Shown here: piece by piece, positions 1 through 10,526 of the stretch
Numbering within the stretch: position 1 is the first letter of the stretch
Layout: each line of letters starts with the position of its first letter
Virus record (IMG/VR): IMGVR_UViG_3300005330_000015
Coordinates: 1 to 64,000 of that record
From: a virus
Lineage: Duplodnaviria; Caudoviricetes
Strand: one strand, 5' to 3'
Length of the DNA stretch: 64,000 nucleotides
The notes under the pieces: generated by a model
Databases searched by the model: none
Seen by the model: the letters and a program-made list of their open reading frames with translations, nothing else
What the model was told of the DNA's origin: nothing
Program-made: the position numbers and the translations under genes

Positions 1-181
1 TTCGCCGATGAGATATGGGTTAGCCTTCGTGTGCGAGGCGCCAGTCCACTGAACGTACCCGACCATGCACCTGTTCTCATGCTTCTTCGTGCGCAGGCAC
101 ACCTGAGCGATCGAGCCGTACGTGCCACGTTGCGCCCATCGTCTGCGAGCCTCAGTCCACGCTTGGTACTTCGTCATGACG

Positions 182-463
182 TCACCTCTGCCGCTCTCTT
201 GACGATCTAACGCGTCCCCATCTTGCCAACGGCGTCAACGGAGTAACGGCATCGAACTCCACAAACTCCGACCGTTTGAACGAGTTCGGACGCCGCCTGC
301 TCGGTGCCGACAAGCAAGGCTTGTTGACCACGAACGTCTGCTTGGCGCCGCACGCCGGGCACACGTGCTCCCAGACGCCGTTCTCGTAGACCATCATGTT
401 AGGCGGGTTGTGCTCGGGATGCCGACACACGCGCGGCAGGTCTGCGATCTTGCGGGTCGGCAT
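182..463 (-). CDS. Small phage protein with Cys/His motif (CRHPEH...CPAC)
   Basis: ATG at 463 follows the stop of 466-582; probable zinc-binding motif. Confidence 0.6.
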   Translation of the reverse strand: MPTRKIADLPRVCRHPEHNPPNMMVYENGVWEHVCPACGAKQTFVVNKPCLSAPSRRRPNSFKRSEFVEFDAVTPLTPLARWGRVRSSRERQR

Positions 464-465
464 GG

Positions 466-582
466 CTAATCTTCTCCCTTCTTGCTCCACGGTATCACGC
501 GAACGACCGCGCCGACGATCACAGAAGCCAGGGCGAATGTCAGGATCGGGTGGTCGCCTGCGAACTTATAGAACTCGCTCAT
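466..582 (-). CDS. 38-aa single-TM peptide (MSEFYKFAGDHPILTFALASVIVGAVVRVIPWSKKGED)
   Basis: Read from the sequence (below ORF-track cutoff); ATG 6 nt after -10 TACGGT (589-594, minus strand). Confidence 0.6.
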   Translation of the reverse strand: MSEFYKFAGDHPILTFALASVIVGAVVRVIPWSKKGED

Positions 583-588
583 GCCGGA

Positions 589-633
589 ACCGTACCACGA
601 GCATGTTGACATCGTCAACTTTCTGGTTACTAT
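589..633. promoter_or_regulatory. Divergent promoter pair built on palindrome GTTGAC-ATC-GTCAAC (605-619)
   Basis: Plus: TTGACA-16-TACTAT-6-ATG(640). Minus: TTGACG-18-TACGGT-6-ATG(582). Confidence 0.75.
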
Positions 634-639
634 CAGACC

Positions 640-1032
640 ATGACCACACCGAACTCGGCCCTGTACGACGAGCTTGTCCTCACAGTGCAGCGATGCATCG
701 AGCGCGCTGAAGATCGATTACAGAAATTCGCGCTCGACCTTCAAGAGAGCGCGTTCTCCGCGATGGAGTGGTCACACGCGGCATTCGAGGCCGCTACTCA
801 TGCTGCCGTCTATCGGCAATTGATGCGCGAGCTCCGTGCTGAGCAGCCCGAGACCGAGACCGAGACCGAAAGCGATCGCGTGTCGCGGCTAACGCGACGA
901 TGCCAAAGAGAAGTCAACCAGCGCGTCAGATCTCCGGTGAGATCGACCAGCCCAACCGCTGTTCTTGCTAACCAGGAGCTCGTGGCGGCATGGGGTTCGG
1001 CGCTGCAACTGCTCATGGAGAGCGGCCTGTGA
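640..1032 (+). CDS. Hypothetical protein
   Basis: Leaderless promoter geometry; GTGA overlap with next ORF. Confidence 0.75.
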   Translation: MTTPNSALYDELVLTVQRCIERAEDRLQKFALDLQESAFSAMEWSHAAFEAATHAAVYRQLMRELRAEQPETETETESDRVSRLTRRCQREVNQRVRSPVRSTSPTAVLANQELVAAWGSALQLLMESGL

Positions 1033-1310
1033 GTAAGCGCAAGCGCCCCGTCGTGTGCTCCGCGAATCAGCGCGACCACATCGTCGCCGTGGTTGCTGAG
1101 CCGGCGAGCGGACCCGGGTGGGCCAACACGCCGCTATGGGTCATCATGCAGGACTCCAACGGAAACCTCCGACGCGGGTGCCTGCAACCGGATGAGCAGA
1201 GCAATGGCATCCGTGTTCTTTACGCAACCGCGGCTGCCGTGCATGGAGCACTCGTGCGGGAGGTCGAAGCGTTGACGAAGACGCGTAAGCCGATCAAGAG
1301 AACCCCATGA
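1029..1310 (+). CDS. Hypothetical protein
   Basis: GTG overlapping the upstream stop; protein-like composition. Confidence 0.7.
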   Translation: MSKRKRPVVCSANQRDHIVAVVAEPASGPGWANTPLWVIMQDSNGNLRRGCLQPDEQSNGIRVLYATAAAVHGALVREVEALTKTRKPIKRTP

Positions 1311-1316
1311 TGGATG

Positions 1317-1715
1317 CTACGTTACGGCGACGATATACGTCGCGCCGACTGGGTCCCTGACCACGGCCTGCTTGCCACCGGCATCCGCGGCGATGATGAA
1401 GTCCTTGCCCTTGCCCTCGATTGTCACATGGTCCGTGGGGAGCGGCACCACTCCGACCGGCAACGTCGCGCCAAGAATCAGGATCTGCGCGTCAGTGTCC
1501 TGCAGGAGCGACGCGGGCAATGCAAGCTGTGTCTCGCTTATCACCATCGCGCGGCACTTGAATGCCTGAGTCGTCGGATTCGTACCGCCGCTGAGGTTCC
1601 CAGGCTGGCGGATGCCAGGCGTGTATCTGGTTAGAACCGCAGGCTTGAAGCCGACTGTCGCGCCGTTCTGTCCCGAGAAGCCCTTGGCGATTGCCTTGGC
1701 GATATTGATAGCCAT
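1317..1715 (-). CDS. Putative head-closure / head-tail joining protein
   Basis: 132 aa from MAINIAKAIAKG; beta-rich with ...P.PTDHVTI...RDPVGATY C-terminus; lies downstream of the connector gene as in siphophage neck modules. Confidence 0.6.
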   Translation of the reverse strand: MAINIAKAIAKGFSGQNGATVGFKPAVLTRYTPGIRQPGNLSGGTNPTTQAFKCRAMVISETQLALPASLLQDTDAQILILGATLPVGVVPLPTDHVTIEGKGKDFIIAADAGGKQAVVRDPVGATYIVAVT

Positions 1716-1764
1716 GCCAGTAGCATTATCTGCTATGATGCATGGGTCGATAACCGCTAATGAT

Positions 1765-1998
1765 TCATGCAGATTGGTAGGATGCCGCGAAGATGTCCGG
1801 CTTGCATGGATAGAAGTGCACTCCGTCCGGCTCAGGTAGGATCCAGTCGCCGGCCACGATATAGCACCGCTGATCGTGAACGGTGACAACATACGGCGTG
1901 TCGTCCTCCGGCCTTCTGAATATTTCGGTTGGATCGGGACCTTCTCCTGTGAACTGCTCTGCCTCGATGACGACTGGTTTCTTGCGGAATTTTGCCAT
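1765..1998 (-). CDS. Conserved phage protein (KFRKKPVVIEA...GDWI...YPCKPDIF, PGDYG-like family)
   Basis: Recognisable motif set; AGGAG RBS. Confidence 0.85.
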   Translation of the reverse strand: MAKFRKKPVVIEAEQFTGEGPDPTEIFRRPEDDTPYVVTVHDQRCYIVAGDWILPEPDGVHFYPCKPDIFAASYQSA

Positions 1999-2068
1999 CT
2001 GTCACTCCTATCGTAGCCACGCCATCGGTACAAGTGCGCCGATGTTTACATGCCGCTTACGGCGCACA

Positions 2069-3970
2069 CTATGCGCGCACCGAGGTCGCGGCAGCGGCAG
2101 CAAACGAACCGTCGCCAGAACGCCCGCCAGTTGTGCGTTCCTGCTTCTTGGCGCGGTCGCGCCACCACGCCAAAAACTGACGCGCGCACCATGCGCAGGT
2201 AGAATCACAGAACTGAGTAGACATGGCCGTAGCTTACCGCAGTGTGGTCGCGGTAGAGCCAACTTGCTTGAGCCCAACCCCTGCATCCGCTAGACGCTTA
2301 GCCTGCCGCGGGAACATCTGTCCGAAGAGCGCAAGCATGTCTTCTACGCGGCCAGTCCAGAGATCGTTGTGGACGATGAAGCACGAGTTGCACGCTCCTC
2401 GCTCGTCGCCTTGCGTACGGTCCCACCACGCAGCGATAGTGCATTCTCCGACCGTGTGAACGAGGAACTCGCCTTGCGGACACTCATCGCTCGCGCGTTC
2501 GATCTCATAGCGCTGTTGCCACGAGTCACCGCCAAGCCTCGCCCACACGATACGATCCGCCGGCTCGGGGAACGGTAGCGGTGGATAGTAGCGATCGCGC
2601 AGCCTACGCGGCGCGAGTCCGCCGTCGAGGTACGGCGCCTCGTAGATGCTTCCGGTAGGCCGAAGCGGGCACGGGATCATGTCGCGTCCACTACGACCGC
2701 TGATATCGCGGAGGCAATGGCCGGGCTGACCCAAGCAGCCATGCCACCACACTTTCGGCGTGCTCATTCGAGCTCCATCGATGGCATATCCTGTGCTAAT
2801 GGCACGTCGAAAGCGGGATATTCGTCATCGAGACGCGCATCCCGCACCGCGTCGATCAATGCGCAGAGCGCATGAGCGCCATCCTTGGCGTGCACACGAA
2901 TAGCGTGTTCGCGAAGATTCTCTCGAACCTCTTCGCCATCGATATCGGATGCAAGGTTATAATGTCCGATCCATGCGTCAAAAACGGCGTCAGCATCAAA
3001 AAACGCGCCGTGGACTCGCTGCGCAAGTCGTCCGCATGCGAAGCACGGGCGCCAGCATGGTTCGGTCAACGCACGACGTTCCTCTGCCCGCTTGACCTCA
3101 GCCGCCGCATCGGCGATCTGCGCGCGCGTCGCGCGAACCATCGCTGATACTGCAGTGACGAGGTCTTCTTGCTCAGCAACGCTTCGCGCCTTGAACCAGC
3201 GGAAACGCTTGGTCAGCATGGCTCGCATGGCGACGCGTAGGTCGTCGAACTCACTCATCGGAACAACCTCAACCATGGCCGACGAGCTACCGTGGCGAAC
3301 GGCAGGCGCGTTGCCGGTTCCGGCAACCGATGTCCATCGACATCGACCTCCACCTCCACGCCGACTTCCTTGCCATCGATCCACACGCGCGAGACGTCCT
3401 GGCGAACCGAGCGCTCGCCGGGGTACGTTATGCCGTCGATCGTGACGGATGCCACGCTCACGGCTTCGCCTTATCGAGGTAGTCCACGAGCTCGCGCGCA
3501 GCTCGGCGCAGCGGCGCGTTTAGGCGCCATGCCTCACGACGTTGTTCTTCGCTCAGCGCGTGCACTCTAGCAGTCTCTGGTGCGAGTTTTTGAGCAAACT
3601 CGTGTTCTAGTTGCCTTCGCTGTCGGTCGTTCATCTCTTACCTCCTTGTTTTGTGTCTGCGGCAATGGCCGCGGCATAGCGTTTCGCACCAGCCGCTTCG
3701 GCGCGTTGCATAATGCGACGGAGCCGTGCTTCTTTGGCGAGCTCGTCACGCTCGGCCTTGCACATGGCGTCGGTTGCCTGTTTGACGGTCATCGCGACCT
3801 CATGATGATGTCATAGTGTTTATCGTACACAAATGCGATGGTGGAACGCCCACGATGTCCACGTGATCTTCGCTTAGTTCGCTCGGGAACTCCGCGCATT
3901 CATCGGCAAACGAGCGTCGCACCAGCCGCACGCCGAACCACTGTAGGACAGCAAAATTTAGTAGCCCAAG
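2069..3970 (-). other. Run of small hypothetical CDSs (2069-2224, 2234-2767, 2764-3258, 3255-3461 and 2-3 more)
   Basis: Tightly packed, overlapping start/stop codons. Confidence 0.65.
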
Positions 3971-3974
3971 CAAG

Positions 3975-4718
3975 TTACACGGCACGGCCGAACCACACTG
4001 TCCGAATGTCTTCGAGAGACATACCTGATGAAATCAGCCTAGCCGTACGTTCATCGCTCAGCCGGAACTTCGCCGCAAAATCACGAATCTCATCCACACG
4101 TTGTAGTTCGATGTCGTCGGTTGCGCGTTCAGGCGCAGCCGCAAACCCAGCCGCGTTTTTCTCTGCATTTCGCTCGCGCCAGGCATCGAGGGACTTGGCG
4201 AGCACGCGCTGCACCTCGCGCGCCTCTTCGTCGTCCGCAGATGCCCCAGCTGCCGCTGCAAGAACGAGCGTGCACACGCCAACACCGCCAAGCTCCTGTC
4301 GTATATCACCGACCGGACGCCCAAACACGAAGTCTACGAGCTCGTGCGCCATCTTAGCGGAGCACCCCGCCGCCTGGTACGCCTCGATGGCTTCCTCGAG
4401 CAAGCGGATACCACGCTGCGCGATGGTCGTGCCGACCTCGCCAAAGGCGGCCCGCGCCCATGCGAAGACCTCAGCCTGACGCGAGTCGCGCTCGCTCACC
4501 GCAGTAGGCGGCAAGCATGGTGCCCATGAGCCCGGCCACTCGTCGGCCACGAAGATGCCTCCGTTATGCCCTAGGATGTCGCAGTGTGCATCGCGGTAGA
4601 TCTCCAGGATAAGCACATGCGGCTTTCGGCCATCGTCTGGGATCCGCCACCACTCCTTGCAGATCTCGACCTCCGCAAACGTCGGCCGCTCCCTGCGGAT
4701 TCCCGGCTTGACACTCAT
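3975..4718 (-). CDS. Protein with MazG-like NTP pyrophosphohydrolase domain
   Basis: WARAAFG...RLLEEAIE...QELGGV acidic helical motifs of the all-alpha NTP-PPase fold. Confidence 0.6.
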   Translation of the reverse strand: MSVKPGIRRERPTFAEVEICKEWWRIPDDGRKPHVLILEIYRDAHCDILGHNGGIFVADEWPGSWAPCLPPTAVSERDSRQAEVFAWARAAFGEVGTTIAQRGIRLLEEAIEAYQAAGCSAKMAHELVDFVFGRPVGDIRQELGGVGVCTLVLAAAAGASADDEEAREVQRVLAKSLDAWRERNAEKNAAGFAAAPERATDDIELQRVDEIRDFAAKFRLSDERTARLISSGMSLEDIRTVWFGRAV

Positions 4719-7030
4719 CGGCGCCTCGACATTGGCACCATGGTGGCCGGCATGTGACCGCGCACCGATTCTGCGAGCTTCGTCACGCCTTCGCGCATCT
4801 CCTTGACCGTGAGCCGATTGCGCGGCTCGTACTCGCGGATCGGGTCGTCGTCAAACGCCGCTTCGAGGTGCGCGTCGTTAGTCGGGTCGCAGTCGGCGCA
4901 AACCTTGACCATCGCTCCGTGGCGCCCGAGCGGGCGATCGAACACATCATCGGCCTCGTGGCCGCCTTCGGCGCACCACGGGCGATGCTTCTTCGTGCCG
5001 GGGATCTCGCTCACGTTCGCTCCTTGACGCCCATGGCCCGGCGCAGGGTGTTGCCAAGCGCCTTGGCCATCTCTGGCAGGTACGGCGCCGCAGGTGCGCC
5101 GCGCTTGTCAATGATGACATCCAGTGCGCGGATGATGTGACTCACAGCCCCCGCCACGACCGGCATGGTCGCGCCGGCCGATTCAGCGAGCTCGGTCACC
5201 GCTGCTAGAGCGACGCGTTGCTGCTCCTCATCGCGCAACCTGCGCAGGTCAACGCCCGTGCGATATCGGTCGCCGGTGCCCCAGCACGAGTCACATACGT
5301 CGCGCTCGCTCTTTGTTGTACCCATGCCGCCGCGCCAGGTTGCACCGCTGCTATACGTAGCGATACCGAGACCCTGACACCGCAGGCAGGGATCCTCGAC
5401 GCCGCGATAGCGGCGCAGCAAACGCATGAACGCGTCAGCTGGCATCTCCGGTGCGACACCAAATCGGTTCCTCCGTCCTGCTGGCACCGCTTCCCGCCAT
5501 TCGATGATCTCCCAGGATTCGTAATCCTGCTCCTTGGCGAGGAGCGTCACGTGGTCTGGATCGTCCCACTGATGCACCCGGATCTCCTCCGCGATCTCAT
5601 CTGGGCTGGTCCAGTTCGTCGCACGCAACCACACCCGGCCCTCGAAACTCTTACCGTCGCCTACGACGCCATGGTCAACGCGCTTCCATGGCGCGGGCAG
5701 GTCATCGGAACACGTGCCATTGTCGTCGATCGGCTCCCCGCCGCAATCAGCGAGCGCCACATAGTTGTTGACGCGGCTCACGATGTCACACGCTTACGGA
5801 GCACGGCGATTCGCGTGAGGTCTTCCCGTGCTAGCCCGCCTGGCTTCATGCCTGGATCTACCGCCAAGCACCAACCTTCCCACGCCTCGAGCGCCTCATT
5901 GGCCACCGCACTAGCGGCCTCGCGTTCAGCACGCGCATCAATAAGCTCGCCGTCCACCGGCCGCTCGTACCGATCAAGCATCTTCGCCCGTGCCGTTGGC
6001 GATCCACAGCGCTGCGCCATGACCGCGATGTGCGAGTATAGCAGGTGCGGTTTATAGTCGTACGTTTCAGCGCGTGCGATGAGTTCGCGCACGTCCTGAT
6101 TTTGAGCAGGAATGCCCTTGAGCTTCCTGATCTCATCCAGCACCGAGCTCCACGTGATCGGGCTATCGCCGCATGCGAAGTCTGTGCGCCATCCCAACGC
6201 GAGCGCGGCTTCGTTCAGCATCTCCGTCGGTGTCTTGTTCAGGACGAGCGCTATAGCATCCGCCTGGCTGAGCTCCCGGCGAGGCTTCGCTTCGCACGTC
6301 GCCTCGAGCGCTTCGGCGCGGGCAATGTCTTCTGGCGTCTCACGCCTCTGATAGGCGCCTTCGACATACTCAAGTAGCGCCACCACGAGCGCATGCATGT
6401 CCACGGCAAACGATCCGACGGCCTTCGACTGCCCAGAGATCAGCACGGCACGTTTAAGAACGTTGCGCGCTGCCTCTTCGCGCTCCCAAGTAGGCGAGAC
6501 GTCCTGTGGTTCGTCGCTCATGGCCGCACCTTCCTGAGCGCTACCGCATACTCTGACATACGCCGCGCGAGCTTCATGTCTTCCATGTGCGATATCGAGC
6601 GCTGTTCGTCCGTCGGGCTAGCATTCGGGTTTAGTATCGAACATGGCCATCGCGCAGCCGATGCGGCGTCCTCCTGATCGCGCAGAGCCAGCGCCGCGGC
6701 AACGATCTCGAGCAACACGGGAACCGCTGACGGGACAGCTGGATGATCTGCGCCAACTTGCGTGACAAGCTGCTGAAGAGCAGCGATGCTTGGCCGGTCG
6801 CGTGGATGGTCATCGCTCATGGACTCCGCCAGGACATTGATGCGCTTACGCATCGCCCTGTCCGAGATACGCCGCCGTTTGATCTCGGCAATCATCGCGG
6901 CAGCCTGGACGTGCAGATGAAATCTCGTCTCGGCAAGAGTATCGGCACAGAACTCAGACTTCGGCGCTGGATGCGCCATGAGTTCGCGCTCCAGATTATC
7001 CAACGCGATGTCAGTCAAATCGCTGGCCAT
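4715..7030 (-). other. Four hypothetical CDSs (4715-5014, 5011-5781 with CxxCxGxG zinc repeats, 5778-6521, 6518-7030)
   Basis: Chain of 4-nt overlaps. Confidence 0.75.
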
Positions 7031-7051
7031 GGCATCGCCGCCCGTGATGAG

Positions 7052-7065
7052 GTTGACACTGTCAT
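7052..7065. promoter_or_regulatory. Near-perfect palindrome GTTGAC-ACT-GTCAT
   Basis: At the connector stop codon, upstream of 6518-7030. Confidence 0.55.
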
Positions 7066-7661
7066 ACCGGCCATATTACATCGCGCGGCACAGAATGGAA
7101 GCGGCAAACGCCGGTTGCGAAGCCTCCGACGCCTTTTTGTGCGCCGGCCCCCGCGAGCCAGCGCCCGATCAGCCGGTCAATCACCGTGGGCAGCGCGGTC
7201 GCGTTGCCGTCTGCCACGGACTGGGGCCGGAAGAACGAGATGGACGCCGGACCGGCACCCAAGCTCGCGACGTTGCTGCCGGTGTCAACGTTTGTCACCA
7301 CATCGGGGTCGGCACAGATCAGCGCGGCCATTTCGGCCGCGGCCTCGTTGACCTGCAGAGGCACGTTGGTGGCATCGAGCGCGGCCCCGTTAGCGTCGGT
7401 AAGCCCGGAGCGCGGAAACGCGAGCGTGGTTGGCGTGCCGCCGGCCAGACCGGTCGCGATCCCCTGCCAGAAGTACGAATCGATATAGCGCGTTGCGTCA
7501 ATGAGCGCGCGTTTCTGCGCGTCGGGGTCGGATGCGAGCGCACGAAACGCCTGCGCCGCGGCGCTGGATGAGCTGTTGAGATAGCGGCTGACGAAAGCGA
7601 GGCCGGCGTAGACCTCGAAGCCAGTGGTGTCTCCAGTAACGAGCTCGATGAAGATGGCCAT
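7062..7661 (-). CDS. Head-tail connector (family often annotated DnaT-like ssDNA-binding)
   Basis: Y...SRYL, KRALIDATRYID, LAFPR, VP..V.EAAAEMA motifs; start moved to MAIFIEL, 5 nt after TGaTAGGAT. Confidence 0.8.
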   Translation of the reverse strand: MAIFIELVTGDTTGFEVYAGLAFVSRYLNSSSSAAAQAFRALASDPDAQKRALIDATRYIDSYFWQGIATGLAGGTPTTLAFPRSGLTDANGAALDATNVPLQVNEAAAEMAALICADPDVVTNVDTGSNVASLGAGPASISFFRPQSVADGNATALPTVIDRLIGRWLAGAGAQKGVGGFATGVCRFHSVPRDVIWPV

Positions 7662-7672
7662 GACGCATCCTA

Positions 7673-9165
7673 TCATTGGCGCGATTGTTCGCGAGCCTTG
7701 CGTTCGGCGACCTCGGTTTCAGTCCATCCGCACGACGGGCACTGATCGTAGTCGCGATCGCGCTTGGTCACGCTGTTCTTTGGCCAGTCATCAAACGCGT
7801 GTGTGCACTCATCGTCCGGGCACGGCTCGTCTTCACGATAGTCCTCGCGCTTCACAGCTTACCCTGGTCCAGCATGCGCAGGTACTCGCGGTTCGACTCG
7901 TCGAAGCAGTAGCCCCACGCGCGCTCAACGGCGCCCATCGTGATCCGCGCGACCTCGATCGTGCAGCGTTGCTTGCCGTCGTTGCCAAGCCAGCGCTCGA
8001 TGCGCCGGACCTCGCCGTCGCGCCATTCACCTGCGCGCTCGGAAAAGTAACGCACGCGCTGCCCAAGGTCGAAGCGCGCCCACCAGTCGGTCGTTTTCAT
8101 GGTGCCTCCATGCGCAGCTCGTTGAGCGCGCCTACGTACGTCCGCACATTGCGCGCGCTGACCTTTGAAGCGAAGTCTGCAACAATCTCCTCGGCATCCG
8201 CTCGCGTTTCCATCAGCGACCTTCCTCTGTCTCGTTCACGCACCTCGACAAGACCGAACCAACTCATCTCCACCAGGGTCTTGATGCTGGGCTGCCAGCC
8301 AAGCTGCTCATACGCGACGAACTGCAAAGCCAGCGTCCGGAGCTCGTGCATCTGCGCGCGCCCAACCGTCATCGGATCGATCATGCGCTCGACCGCGCGC
8401 CAATCCATCGCGCTACGCGGCTTACGGCCAAACAGAACGACGTGGTGCGCGAGCTCGTGGTACACGAAGTTGGAATCTCCGGCCTGGCGCCCGGCTTCAG
8501 AAAGCTTGGCGTTATGCTTGGCGACCGCTCGTTCGCATCTATCGCAAACAATAGACCATCGCTCGCGACGCTGCGCCAGCGGATCACGGCATGTCTCGCA
8601 GTGCTGGTCGCCGATCGCCGAGTCGCCGACCTGCATTATGGCCGAGTCCTGCCTTGATTCGCCGCGTCTTCAGTTGCCAACATCCTGACGGCTATCTTTC
8701 GCTCCTTCATGCGCATCTTGAACTCCTCGCGCGAGATGTTCTCGTACTTCTTCCAGGTCACATCGGACTTAGCTGCCTGGTATGAGAGCTCGCACGGCGC
8801 GAATACGGCGATCCTGCGTTTGAGCTTTACGTGCACATCTTGATGCCGGCCGCCGGCCGCGAGCACGTATGCCGCCACGATCCCCCTTGTCCCCGGCTGG
8901 ATGCCGTCATGGCGCGGAGCTAACACCACCTTGCAGACCACGCGTTCCCCGGCCGCGAACACGCCAAGCGGGTGGCCGGACGAGCAACGCTGGCACGGGA
9001 TCATCCGGCTTCTTTCGTCAGATAGTAGCAACGCCAGCAGTGCTCGCAGTTGTCTCGCGGCCTGCGATCGGGACGCTGCGTTGGATGCCTGGGGCACCGC
9101 GGCAGCGTGCCTTGACGCGCTCGTATGCGGTCGATCGCGGCCTGGGCTTCAGCGTATCGGTTCAC
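7673..9165 (-). other. Small hypothetical CDSs (7673-7855, 7852-8100, 8097-8636, 8636-9004, 9001-9165), several Cys-rich
   Basis: Overlapping junctions. Confidence 0.7.
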
Positions 9166-9415
9166 CGAGCTCTCCTTTCTCACGGCTCGCCATCGGCCAT
9201 GAGATTCGCATCGCAGCCAGAGCACCAGTCGTTCCCGAACCGTGCCCGGTTGCGCCGACCAGCGCGTCCGCCACGCCGTTGCGTGCGCTAGATCGCTGCC
9301 ACTCAGGTGCATCATCCCACGATGTCTGTGAAACATCTCCGATGGCTAGACAGTAGGCACGGTTGGCTTCGTGGGCGGCACGAGCACACGCCTCGATAAC
9401 ATCTCGTTCGTTCAT
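9149..9415 (-). pseudogene. N-terminal half of a phage RyR-domain-like protein, apparently truncated
   Basis: ARAAHEANRAYC..IGD.SQ.SWDDAPEWQ present; the expected C-terminal SHE.W...GW.YG...HPC.VP part is absent. Confidence 0.55.
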
Positions 9416-9424
9416 CGGCTACAT

Positions 9425-9460
9425 GTTGACATCGTCAGTGCCACAACGCAAGCTCAAGGC
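9425..9460 (+). promoter_or_regulatory. Palindrome variant GTTGAC-ATC-GTCAG with promoter
   Basis: TTGACA(9426)-17-CAAGCT-6-ATG(9461). Confidence 0.6.
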
Positions 9461-9918
9461 ATGCAGATCACACATCTACCTTGTTTGAGGCCGCTTTGAG
9501 CCAGCGTGAGCAATGGACGCTTGAGACCGTCATGCTTGAGCGTAAGCTTGTCGGTATCGCCGAGTCCCGCTACATGAGCGTGCTGGCTCTCGCACGAGAA
9601 ATGCAAGCGAGCACGGATGACCCATTGCGGCATGCGCAGCTCGACCAAATCATCGCGGTGCGCTCGCCAGTTCACCTCGGCGAATCAGAGGATCGTTGCA
9701 GCAACCTGTGCGACGAGGAGTCAGCACACGATTTCTCGAACATCGACCTCGATCGCGTCACATGGACCGACGATGGATCGTGGATCGACGAGGTCACCTG
9801 CGTCGAGTGCCTGCGCCTCGCCATCAAGATCGGACACGACGCCCAGCAGCGTCTCGACGCTATCCTCGCTTCATCTTCAGTTCACAGCGACGCGACGGCA
9901 GCCTCGAACGAGGGCTGA
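9461..9918 (+). pseudogene. Hypothetical protein, probable frameshift near 9479-9481
   Basis: The promoter-defined ATG 9461 gives only 12 aa; the long ORF (LFEAALSQ...) is in the adjacent frame. Confidence 0.45.
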
Positions 9919-10475
9919 TCGGCGCTGTTAATCGCGCAGCACGCTGTCTCCAAGACCCGGCAGTCAGCCCGCCGGCAATAGAGCGTCCGCCCCATGCTAT
10001 CGCGGGCAACCGCCGGCTCGGCCCACCAGCAATCGCGGCATCCCCACCCATCGGGGTTGGTCGTCTCGGCGTACGCCGCGCCTTCAGGCGGGAGCGCGTG
10101 GATTCGCATCTCGGCGTCCCCCGCGCACTGGTCTTCCCAATGCGAGCAGCTACCACCGACCGGGTTGATCGCGGGAATCTTCAGAAGAAGGCAACGACCG
10201 ACGTCCACCATGTTGCAACGCCCGCAGTTGTACCGGCCGGTTGGGTCGTACGTGCGCGACCGGCCGACCCATGGATCGGCGTACGCGAAGTGGTTGGCCC
10301 AGAATTCCCTGCGCAGCTTCTCGTACTCCTCGCGGATTGTTCCGACATCTGGCGGTTGGATGCTGAGGCCGTTCTCGTCGAGGTTGGGTTCGATGATGCG
10401 GCGAACCAGAGAGCGCGCGTCACCCTGAGTGGGCGGTTGCTGGCTCTTGGTGATAAAGGTGACCGTTACGCTCAT
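9882..10475 (-). CDS. Cys-rich protein with two HiPIP-like Fe-S motifs
   Basis: Y..CxxC-x7-C-x14-CxxW and AAY..CxxC-x17-C-x11-CC. Confidence 0.55.
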   Translation of the reverse strand: MSVTVTFITKSQQPPTQGDARSLVRRIIEPNLDENGLSIQPPDVGTIREEYEKLRREFWANHFAYADPWVGRSRTYDPTGRYNCGRCNMVDVGRCLLLKIPAINPVGGSCSHWEDQCAGDAEMRIHALPPEGAAYAETTNPDGWGCRDCWWAEPAVARDSMGRTLYCRRADCRVLETACCAINSADQPSFEAAVASL

Positions 10476-10526
10476 ATATTATCCAATCTGTTTCTCCGGT
10501 ACATGTTCGCGCGTACCGGAGAAACC

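Noticed and set aside
850-870. (GAGACC)3 repeat
   Set aside because: Short in-frame ET run with no sign of regulatory function
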